A stretch of 58,555 nucleotides of DNA from an uncultured Ignavibacteria bacterium (lineage in GTDB: Bacteria; Zixibacteria; MSB-5A5; UBA10806), in NCBI GenBank assembly GCA_964556975.1, contig CAZKYQ010000002.1, forward strand, positions 1-58,555, read 5' to 3'. The notes under the pieces are model-generated. The model was given only the letters and a program-made list of their open reading frames with translations, had not been told where the DNA came from and made no database searches. Below are positions 18,289 through 26,752 of this stretch, in pieces. Numbering within the stretch: the first letter of the stretch is position 1; each line of letters opens with the position of its first letter. A program made the position numbers and the translations under genes.

Positions 18289-18753
18289 TTGAAGAAATTC
18301 CAATTCAGGCTTGAAAAGGTCCTTAGATATAAACGCCAGATTGAGGACCGCAAAAAACAGACGCTTTCCGAGCGCAATGCGGAATTAAATATCCAAAAAA
18401 ACTGTTTGCTTGAGTTACATGAACAAAAAGGCTTATATCAAAATAAATATTCATCACTATTTAAGGGGAAAATAAATGTTTACGGCTTGGTTTTCTCCGC
18501 GCGATTTCTTGACAAGCTGAATAAGAATATCCTTCATCAAAGTGATCTGGTAAAACACTCCGAGGAAAAATTGGAAAAAGCAAAGCTTGAACTCCGGGAA
18601 GCCATGCGCGACAGAAAAAAATATGAACGCATTAAAGAGAAAAGAAAGCTTGATCACGAATATGAAATGGGACGCGAAGAACAGAAGGAATTCGACGAAT
18701 TTGGGAGCAGAAAAAATCGGGTAAAATTAGCTATGGGCAATTGCCCGAAATAG
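18289..18753 (+). CDS. fliJ: flagellar export chaperone/stalk protein FliJ
   Basis: 154 aa, coiled-coil. N-terminus MKKFQFRLEKVLRYKR (TTG start). Canonical position after fliI. Confidence 0.85.
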   Translation: MKKFQFRLEKVLRYKRQIEDRKKQTLSERNAELNIQKNCLLELHEQKGLYQNKYSSLFKGKINVYGLVFSARFLDKLNKNILHQSDLVKHSEEKLEKAKLELREAMRDRKKYERIKEKRKLDHEYEMGREEQKEFDEFGSRKNRVKLAMGNCPK

Positions 18754-21196
18754 GGGCGTTTCCTCCCTTGAAATAGCCTACAAGATATGTAACATCAAGT
18801 CCGTTAACATCGCAGCTCCCATTCGCGTCGCCTCCAAGATAAGGGTTGGGCGGAGGCCCGGTGCCTTTAAAATAATCTACAAGATATATTACGTCGAGGC
18901 CATTTACATCGCCGGAGTTGTTAGCGTCTCCGGGAATGTAGGACTGGCTTGTGTCAACAACGGTCATGGTTTCTGCGAATTCATTTTGGTTTTCTCTATT
19001 ACCGGCATTGTCATGGCAAAGCGCTTCAAAATAATATGTATAGCCATGAATTCCTGTGAATTGTGACGATATATTGGTAAAGTCATCAAGCCATAAATTC
19101 CATACTCCGCCATTTTCCCTAAGATAAATATCGTATATGCCGGAAAGTCCAGAGCCGCCCGTATCGTTTCCTTCGCTCCAATAGACTGTGAATGTACTGC
19201 CGCTCGACGTATCGGGCGATGATGCGATGGACCCGGAGGGGTTTGTAGTGTCAAGATTTAATATTACTGATACCGCGTTGAGATGATCGGCGTTACCGGC
19301 ATTATCCTCAAGCCAAACATATAAAGGCATTCCGCCCTCAGTTGCAATATATATGGTTTGAGGCGGGTTTGAGCTGAATGAACCGCTGGTATCGAAAGGA
19401 GAAGCAGGCGCGGAGCCGAGCTTAAACAGAGCTTTTTGAATTCCGCTCGTATCGGAAGGGTTAGCCCAATTTATTGAAAAGATATGATTATTAGTCCAGG
19501 CGCTTGGATTTGAGCCGTTGGCTGTAAGATTAATCGGAGAAGGAGGGGGCGTCCCATCGATAATTACCGTCCATGTACCGGACCATCCCGACCACGCAGA
19601 GCCGTTACCCGCCCGAACCCGCCAGTAATACAAATTGTCAATTAGATCAGAGGTCGGCGTATACTGCGAAGCGGATAAATAATCGACATTGAAGCTTGGG
19701 GAAGAAAAATCCGGATTATTATCAATTTGAAAATGATAAACAGATGCCCCGCTGGAATTCGTAAAGTCAAAAAATGGCCGCCTATTATTGGTCAGGGCGC
19801 CATTAGCGGGCAGAATAAGAATCGGGGGAGACGGAGCATTGTTGACCGCAAGGTCCGCGGTCATGCTTATGCCGTTATTTGAAATATTCGTTATGGCAAC
19901 GTATGTATTCGCGAAATTATATGATTGCGAATTGGGGGTTGAGCTGTTATTGAACGCATGGTTATTTGTTGATCCCGGATAGGGGTCTCCGCCATCGCCG
20001 GAATTTGTGTCGTGCTCTAAATCCCAGTCGCCGTCGGCCTGCTCAAGAGCGACTTTATAATGTCCGGAAGATGTATGACCGGGATACCATTGGTTGTTGT
20101 TGCCCGATTGGTTTTCGTCAACATGATAAATCATTAAACCCTCGCTGGGAAGCTGTGAATCGAAACCGACCTGCTGGCGGTTTTCGGCGAGAAAATATTG
20201 CGGGCCTCCCTGGCTGTTCGTCCAAAGCCGATAGATTGTTGGCGTGTTTTCAACGGCGGGAAAAGACGCTCCTGTGATATTGCCGGCCACATTCACAGGC
20301 GTAGCGAAACCGAGAAAGGCTCTGGACCACGCGTCAAAATGCGCCGGAGAATTGCCCGCGCTCCCGTTCCAGCTTCCTCCGGCCATAACGCTCCAGCGGC
20401 CGAGGCCTCTAGAATCATATCCATAATCATAGAGGTCAGGCAGCCCGAATACATGGCCAAGTTCGTGAACGTACACTCCGCATGTCATATCATTCGGATT
20501 TACCCAGTATTCCGGCTCCATAGAATATCCGTTTACCCAGACGCCGTCAACATACGGATCATTATAGCACGACCAGGCATGCGACCAGATATCATTTACA
20601 TTACCGGTCCATTCCGCTCCCGGCCCGGCATGTATTATATATATCGCGTCGACTACTCCATCGTTGTCATTGTCGTATTGTGAAAAATCTACATAAGGGT
20701 TCGCCGCGTAAACCGCATCCTCAGCCAGCCTTTGCGCGTTATTAGGATAATTACCAAAGCCGTAATCAGCGCCAACATAATATGCGTATGTTTGCGGCAT
20801 TGTCCTCCATCCTATCGAAGACGGCAGGTTAACGGTTACTATATCCAATGTATAGTAAGAAACTTCATCATAGAAGCTCCATACCGTGTTTCCCGAATTC
20901 CCATAAATAAGATTGTCAAAATAAGTTCCGGAAACCTGATTGGCGTTGTCAGAAAACTCGACAAGGATGGCAAGCACGTTTATTGGGCCGCTTGGGTTGT
21001 CTAAGAGGGCTGGTTTTTGTGGAAGGCCCTGATTAATTCCCTTAATCTTGAAAAAAGTCGGATCTTTTATAAAGATAGGCAATTTAATCGCCTCGGCTTT
21101 GATCATATCCAATACCCGCTGGTGCGGGGGCATCGAATATGCTATTGCCGAAAGCAGGAATATTGTCCCAACGGAGAAGATTGCTTTTCTCATCAT
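18731..21196 (-). CDS. secreted M6-family (immune inhibitor A-like) metalloprotease with C-terminal dockerin-like double repeat
   Basis: HELGHVFGLPDLYD (HExxHxxGxPDxY). ILVEFSD N-terminal M6 pattern. Signal peptide MMRKAIFSVGTIFLLSAIAYS. The ORF is open to 21235 (TTG). C-terminus GDVNGLDVIYLVDYFKG / CDVNGLDVTYLVGYFKGG. Confidence 0.88.
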   Translation of the reverse strand: MMRKAIFSVGTIFLLSAIAYSMPPHQRVLDMIKAEAIKLPIFIKDPTFFKIKGINQGLPQKPALLDNPSGPINVLAILVEFSDNANQVSGTYFDNLIYGNSGNTVWSFYDEVSYYTLDIVTVNLPSSIGWRTMPQTYAYYVGADYGFGNYPNNAQRLAEDAVYAANPYVDFSQYDNDNDGVVDAIYIIHAGPGAEWTGNVNDIWSHAWSCYNDPYVDGVWVNGYSMEPEYWVNPNDMTCGVYVHELGHVFGLPDLYDYGYDSRGLGRWSVMAGGSWNGSAGNSPAHFDAWSRAFLGFATPVNVAGNITGASFPAVENTPTIYRLWTNSQGGPQYFLAENRQQVGFDSQLPSEGLMIYHVDENQSGNNNQWYPGHTSSGHYKVALEQADGDWDLEHDTNSGDGGDPYPGSTNNHAFNNSSTPNSQSYNFANTYVAITNISNNGISMTADLAVNNAPSPPILILPANGALTNNRRPFFDFTNSSGASVYHFQIDNNPDFSSPSFNVDYLSASQYTPTSDLIDNLYYWRVRAGNGSAWSGWSGTWTVIIDGTPPPSPINLTANGSNPSAWTNNHIFSINWANPSDTSGIQKALFKLGSAPASPFDTSGSFSSNPPQTIYIATEGGMPLYVWLEDNAGNADHLNAVSVILNLDTTNPSGSIASSPDTSSGSTFTVYWSEGNDTGGSGLSGIYDIYLRENGGVWNLWLDDFTNISSQFTGIHGYTYYFEALCHDNAGNRENQNEFAETMTVVDTSQSYIPGDANNSGDVNGLDVIYLVDYFKGTGPPPNPYLGGDANGSCDVNGLDVTYLVGYFKGGNAPISGNCP

Positions 21197-21287
21197 GTTC
21201 TTTTCTCTTTTCTTTTCAATTATCGGCATTAACAAAAATAAATCATTGAGTTCTATTGTGCAGAAAAAAGCATTTTAGCCTTCCCAA

Positions 21288-24200
21288 TTAACGTTTTTCA
21301 AGCTGAGCAGGTTTCTCTTTCGTTCTGTTCTCAATAGCAATCAAAACGCCCGGCGGACAATCCTGGCACGGAACGGGCGCAGCCCCTCCTTTAAAATAGG
21401 ATACGCCGTAGGTTACATCAAGTCCGTTGAAGCTGCAGCTATTATTGACATCGCCGGAAACATACCACGTATTGCCCGGCGTGCATTCGCATTCAAATAG
21501 CGGCGAAGCGCCCCCCTTAAAATATGCGACGCTGTATGTGATATCGAGACCATTGTAACTGTCGCTTCCGTTTACATCACCCGGTAAATAGACGCAAGCG
21601 CCTCCGGCTTCCATAATTTCCAGCGTAACCGGAACAACAACAAGCGGATCGGCCGGGTCGTTAGAGGCAAGATTGATTTGTCCTGTATATGTATCCGGCG
21701 TCAATGTAACCGCGTTAAGAGCCACCTGTGCTGTCAAACTATCTCCCGGAGGGATAGCATCCGCTGACGGATTAATAAACAACCAAACATTTAATAAAAC
21801 GGGGCTGGCATCCTTGTCAGAATTAGAAAGAATTGATGGTTGATTATTTTTTGCGCCATTAAGTGGCCATTGATCATCACCCAGCTTGCCAAGAATAGTG
21901 TTTTCTATCGCTTCCAGATGAAGATCCAGTATCGCGCTGCCCTGATTTCTAATTGTCAAATCAACAACTATCTGATTTCCTTCGGTAAGAGTTTCTGATA
22001 TGGAATCGCTGGCAACATCAATATCGGCCGCCAGCACGTTTAGCGTAACTGGCAAGTCAATAGTAGGATTAACGGGATCATTAGTTGCCGTAATAATCGA
22101 GTCAATATAAGCGCCCGCCAGAAGTCCTGAAGCGTTAATTGTTGCTTCTATGAGCAAACTATCGCCGGGAACAATATCAAAAGGTCCTGTGGGAATACTC
22201 AGCCATGATGCGGCTTCAGAGAATGCAACGGTCAAAATCGCAGTACCTGTATTTTTAACTTCAATCGTATCGACCTTTGAGCCGCCGCTTTCAAGGGTTT
22301 CGGTTATACTGGACGGCGTTTGGAGTATCTCCGCAGTCCCTCCCGTTCCGACATTTAATGTTACCGCAATATCGATTTGTGGTGTGCTGGGATCATTGGA
22401 ATCGAGATCAATATTGCCTGTATAATTTCCTTCGGGAAGATCGGTAGCGTCAAAAGTAATTGTAGCTGATGTTGAATCGTTCGGCGGAATAATACCGGAA
22501 TTTGGTGTTGCCGATAACCAGCTTCCGCTTTTTATTCGAATGCTCAGGTTGCTATGCATATAATCGGCATTGTAAACAATCCCAAGACCGTCCGATGCGT
22601 TCGAGTTTTCGATTCCTATTGTTGAAAGATTTAACTGATCAGTTCCGGGATCCATCGTTGCGTAATTTAATTCAATATCTCCATCTGGGTAAAGTATAGC
22701 CTGAAAATTCAGGTTGCCGCCGTAGCTCCAATTGGGAATTCCATCATAGCTGACTATAAACCTGTTATTAGCTGAATCCTGATAATACCTGATTGTGCCG
22801 CCAACCGCGGGGTTTAAATCATCCCACCAGGCAGAGATGAAATTATCCGGCGTGTTCGCTCCCGGAATAGGATCGTTGGAATAATCAGTTGAACCGGCGC
22901 CAAATGTCAACATGCCGTTGGAGCAAATATAAAGTTGTGTATAATTATTATCGTAAAATGGAAAACTGAAACCTATATTGATTGGACTGCTGTAATCATC
23001 ATCGTTAAGATTCACGGAAGTGCCGCTGCCTGAAATATCAACCCATGTCAACGGAGGACCGCTTGGCTCATCGGAATCGATCCATTCATGTCCAAATATG
23101 TCCGGCCCGCCCTGTCCCGTTATTACCGGTGCGTAAATCGGTTCCATTTCCAAATCCTGTTTGGATATTTCTTCCTTATAATACTTGATCGGTTTTCGCT
23201 CGCCGAAAGAAATGGTTACTGGTATTTTCGTCCCATTATCAAGCAAAAGATTATTGGTAGTTGTGCCCAAAGAGAAAACCAATGGGCCGTTGCCGATGTT
23301 GCCTATATCAAGATCACGAGTTTCTATGTTTCCCGGCGCTGTGTTTACGCTAAAGAATTGTGGAGAGTAAGAAATATCCGGAGGTTCCGGAGGTGTTGAG
23401 CCTATTACGACTACGTCATCAATATACCAGCCGGCATCCGTAACCGAAACGTCACTGCCGAATCGCCATTTAAACCGTACGGTTTCGCCATAGTACGAGG
23501 AAATATCAAATACCGCGAGGGCCCAATCCGATGATCCGGTGTAGCCAGGTTCGTTGTCAAGTCCGGTAACGGAATTATCCGGGTAATTGCCCACAGGAGT
23601 AAGTAGAGTCCATGACGAGCCGCCGTTTGTGCTGATTGAAACATTGCCGCCATCCCAGCCGCTTTCAATAGCATACCACTGGTAAAATTCCAGGCGGGCT
23701 ATGGGACTTGATATTACATAATCAATGCTATAAAGAGGGTCGTCAACACCATTATTATAATCATTATCCAAATCGGTTCCCCAGAGCCTGATACCCGACC
23801 AGGCGTTAGAAGGCCCTTGAGTTGCGGTTCCCCATTCCCATTCGCCGGAACCGTTGAATCCCCCATTTGAAGCCTCAAAAGATTCAGCGGGCTGCAAGGA
23901 AAAATCTAATTCATTTGTTTGCCCATATTGTATAAAGATACTATCCGATCCCTGGCTGTATCCTATTGCCTTTGCTTGCACAAGATACGATGATCCGGAA
24001 GGAACAGCGGGAAATTGATAAAATCCCTGAGCGTCTGTTGTTTCCGGAAGAATTGGAGTATTAAGAATTGTTATCTCCGCATTACCTATCGAATCGCCTG
24101 AAAGACTGGTTACGGTTCCCTGCAAGGCCGCCGAAGGGGCAGGGGAGAGTTGGAAATCTTGAAAAACGGTATCGTCTTGAGAGATTGTGATAAGTTGTTC

Positions 24201-25832
24201 TTGAGGCAGGTATCCAAAATAAGATGCCCTGATTGTGCGCGCTAATGAATCGGCGGGTGCTGACATGAAATAATATCCGGACGAATTTGCTTGCATAGAA
24301 CGGCTTTCACCTACAAGCTCGATTGTTGCGGGAAGAGGATTAGAATTTCCGGCATCCGTAATATTTCCTTCAACAAAGCCAAATCCGGTACTCGCCAAAA
24401 TAACGGCATCCAAAAGATTAATATTTCCATGCCCGTAATCGTTGTCCTCGCCAGCAGAACCAAGGTCTGTCGCCGTTTGCATTAAAATATCTTTTATCGT
24501 TTCGACATCAAGATTAGGGTTGACCTGTCTTAATATTGCCACCGATCCCGTAACATGGGGCGAGGCCATCGATGTTCCGCTCATAGTCGTATAGCCGCCG
24601 CCCGGAATTGACGAACGCACGCTTACGCCCGGGGCTACAACCTCCGGTTTTATAACAGTTTCGCCATTTGGCCCGCAATTGGAAGGCCCCCGCGATGAGA
24701 AGCTTGCTATTGGCAAAGATGGGTTAGCGCCGTCAACAGCCCCAACCGCAAAACAATTATAGGGCGTAGTACCGCGATCTGCCGGACGCCTTAGTCCCGA
24801 TGTACCTTCGTTTCCTGCAGAAAATACTACGACTGAACCCGCAAGTTCGACATTATCTATGACCGTCCAAAATGTTTGATCGCAAGGAGGATAGCCATGG
24901 CTTGTAGTTACGCCCCAGGAATTGCCGATGGCGTCGGGGTTATCTTGAGTATTTGGATTGCCGTCCGGATCAACAGCCCATTGAAAAGCAAGTATCGCGT
25001 CCGCGACTGTGCGTGGAATTCCTCCTCCTCTGTCGATTGCCGCGGCGGCTATCCATTGCGCTTCAATTGCGACGCCGATAGTATCGCCACCGGCGGAACG
25101 GCCGCAAATTGTTCCCATGGTATGAGTTCCGTGGGACCCGCCATCTTGAGGAAATATCCAATGCGTATCGTAAGGATCGTACCAGCTTTCGTCAACATCG
25201 CCGTCCCCGTCAACATCGCCCCTGAATCTTGAAGCGAGGGCCGGATGATTGCCGTCAACTCCGGTATCAATATTCATAACGACTCTTCCGGCTCCTGTCC
25301 AGCCTAACGCCCAAACTGCGGGAGCGTTGATCCGATCCAGTCCGATCTCCCTGCTTGCAATTAGGTTCCCCTCGTTTCCTTTTTTTACAGGCTCAATATT
25401 TTCGATCTCATAGTTATAAAAAAGTTCGGCTATATCTTCCCGACTTGCGGCGGCCAGAATTCCTTGTGTATTGGCTTCTATACTGAACATATTAGCGATC
25501 CAGAACATTTCATACTTTACTATTATGCCTTGATTCAAGAGGTTGTCTAAGTAATCGATAATTTCTGGTTGCGTGCGTGTCGCTGTTTTCTGTAGCTCAA
25601 GCACAACCCTCCTATTTCTTTCTGCCAGTGTTGCATTATTTGCCTTTAGTTCCGTATCTAATTTGAGCAAATCAGCTTGCTCTCTAATATAGGCTATAGC
25701 ATGAACAGTCTCATTTTCCGATAAGACATCAAGACGTGATTGCAAAAACGGGGCAATCGTCGCGGCAAATCCATTTGATATCGCCAAACAGCACATTAGA
25801 ATTGTAATTAATAATAATTTTGTCTTACTCAT
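21288..25832 (-). CDS. secreted subtilisin-like S8 serine protease, multidomain, with C-terminal dockerin-like double repeat
   Basis: Catalytic triad contexts DTGVDGNHPAL, HGTHTMG and GTSMASPHVTG. I9-like propeptide. Signal peptide MSKTKLLLITILMCCLAISNGFA. The ORF is open to 25892. C-terminus 2x GDVNGSxS(Y/F)NGLD(I/V)TY.V.YFKGG. Confidence 0.9.
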   Translation of the reverse strand: MSKTKLLLITILMCCLAISNGFAATIAPFLQSRLDVLSENETVHAIAYIREQADLLKLDTELKANNATLAERNRRVVLELQKTATRTQPEIIDYLDNLLNQGIIVKYEMFWIANMFSIEANTQGILAAASREDIAELFYNYEIENIEPVKKGNEGNLIASREIGLDRINAPAVWALGWTGAGRVVMNIDTGVDGNHPALASRFRGDVDGDGDVDESWYDPYDTHWIFPQDGGSHGTHTMGTICGRSAGGDTIGVAIEAQWIAAAAIDRGGGIPRTVADAILAFQWAVDPDGNPNTQDNPDAIGNSWGVTTSHGYPPCDQTFWTVIDNVELAGSVVVFSAGNEGTSGLRRPADRGTTPYNCFAVGAVDGANPSLPIASFSSRGPSNCGPNGETVIKPEVVAPGVSVRSSIPGGGYTTMSGTSMASPHVTGSVAILRQVNPNLDVETIKDILMQTATDLGSAGEDNDYGHGNINLLDAVILASTGFGFVEGNITDAGNSNPLPATIELVGESRSMQANSSGYYFMSAPADSLARTIRASYFGYLPQEQLITISQDDTVFQDFQLSPAPSAALQGTVTSLSGDSIGNAEITILNTPILPETTDAQGFYQFPAVPSGSSYLVQAKAIGYSQGSDSIFIQYGQTNELDFSLQPAESFEASNGGFNGSGEWEWGTATQGPSNAWSGIRLWGTDLDNDYNNGVDDPLYSIDYVISSPIARLEFYQWYAIESGWDGGNVSISTNGGSSWTLLTPVGNYPDNSVTGLDNEPGYTGSSDWALAVFDISSYYGETVRFKWRFGSDVSVTDAGWYIDDVVVIGSTPPEPPDISYSPQFFSVNTAPGNIETRDLDIGNIGNGPLVFSLGTTTNNLLLDNGTKIPVTISFGERKPIKYYKEEISKQDLEMEPIYAPVITGQGGPDIFGHEWIDSDEPSGPPLTWVDISGSGTSVNLNDDDYSSPINIGFSFPFYDNNYTQLYICSNGMLTFGAGSTDYSNDPIPGANTPDNFISAWWDDLNPAVGGTIRYYQDSANNRFIVSYDGIPNWSYGGNLNFQAILYPDGDIELNYATMDPGTDQLNLSTIGIENSNASDGLGIVYNADYMHSNLSIRIKSGSWLSATPNSGIIPPNDSTSATITFDATDLPEGNYTGNIDLDSNDPSTPQIDIAVTLNVGTGGTAEILQTPSSITETLESGGSKVDTIEVKNTGTAILTVAFSEAASWLSIPTGPFDIVPGDSLLIEATINASGLLAGAYIDSIITATNDPVNPTIDLPVTLNVLAADIDVASDSISETLTEGNQIVVDLTIRNQGSAILDLHLEAIENTILGKLGDDQWPLNGAKNNQPSILSNSDKDASPVLLNVWLFINPSADAIPPGDSLTAQVALNAVTLTPDTYTGQINLASNDPADPLVVVPVTLEIMEAGGACVYLPGDVNGSDSYNGLDITYSVAYFKGGASPLFECECTPGNTWYVSGDVNNSCSFNGLDVTYGVSYFKGGAAPVPCQDCPPGVLIAIENRTKEKPAQLEKR

Positions 25833-25964
25833 CACATTTCCCTTTCCCGAATGAAAGATATTTTGATTTAAATCGAAATTTCCGAATGACACAATTCGTA
25901 TAGAGTTCTTAAATTCTTAATCTGGCAACCTTATGAATTCCCCGGAATTATCTTTGCTCCTTTC

Positions 25965-25991
25965 CCGCCCGATGAGATAACGGCGGTTTTT
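25965..25991 (+). terminator. weak terminator-like hairpin in the divergent intergenic region
   Basis: CCGCC (25965-25969) pairs with GGCGG (25982-25986) across a 12-nt loop, followed by T5. The loop is large, so this is weak. Confidence 0.25.
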
Positions 25992-26186
25992 GCAGTCACT
26001 CAAGAAGCAGACATTTGAATTATAGCAAAGATTTTTCAAAAATCAAGAGATGAAGGAAAAAAATGCCTGCCAAAATGAAAATATTACCCCTTGCCGAAAA
26101 AAGTTATAATCAGTAATCAAAAGATCAGCTCCGAAAACCAATTGGCAAATAACGATTTACGCCCCCCTTTAGTTATTTGAATCTTT

Positions 26187-26202
26187 CGGCATACATGTTG
26201 CT
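26187..26202 (+). promoter_or_regulatory. sigma54-type promoter cGGCAT-N5-TTGCT upstream of the ylxF-like/fliK/flgD/flgE genes
   Basis: GG at 26188-26189 and GC at 26200-26201, 10 nt between. It lies 29 nt upstream of ATG 26231, which has an AGGAG RBS. Confidence 0.65.
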
Positions 26203-26230
26203 TTTAACAATGCGGGAGATTGTAGGAGAT

Positions 26231-26752
26231 ATGTTTAAAATGATAGGACTAGGGGCACTTACATTGACTGGATTCATTGGTTACTCAATACTTTTCAGCT
26301 TTATTTTGGGTTTGCAACCTGTTGACGCTGTAAAGCTTGCGATTACCGGTCATCTTGAGACAAATCCTATGGAAATTTTTCAAACGGTTAAAGCCGAGAC
26401 GGATTCTCTGAATGCGGACATGAAAAGCCGCCTGAAGACAGTTCAAGACTCAGTTGCAATTGAATTGAGGAATATTAATACGGAAAAAACCGAACTGACC
26501 CAGTTACGTGATGAGATAAAAATTCTATTAGACGAAAAAAAGAAAATGGAGGACGCCAGCCTGTATAATCTCGCCAAAATTTATAATGATATGAACCCGG
26601 CACAATTGGCCAATATTATGATCGATCTTGATGACTCGGCAATAGTCGCAATATTGCCAAGAATGAAAAACCAAAAGGCAAGCAGAATACTTGAAATGCT
26701 TCCTCCTGACAGGGCGGCATCAATCTCGGCAATGTTATTGGGGAAAAAATAA
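26231..26752 (+). CDS. YlxF/MotE-like flagellar protein (MgtE_N-type domain)
   Basis: N-terminal TM segment, coiled coil, and C-terminal MNPAQLANIMIDLDDSAIVAILPRMKNQKASRILEMLPPDRAA. Same position as ylxF after fliJ in B. subtilis-type operons. The ORF is open from TTG 26177, which lies upstream of the sigma54 box. Confidence 0.7.
   Translation: MFKMIGLGALTLTGFIGYSILFSFILGLQPVDAVKLAITGHLETNPMEIFQTVKAETDSLNADMKSRLKTVQDSVAIELRNINTEKTELTQLRDEIKILLDEKKKMEDASLYNLAKIYNDMNPAQLANIMIDLDDSAIVAILPRMKNQKASRILEMLPPDRAASISAMLLGKK

Noticed and set aside
25921-25945. TGGCAA-ccttaTGAA upstream of the ylxF-like gene, considered as a sigma54 box.
   Set aside because: It has no GC at the -12 position. A much better box lies at 26187-26202.
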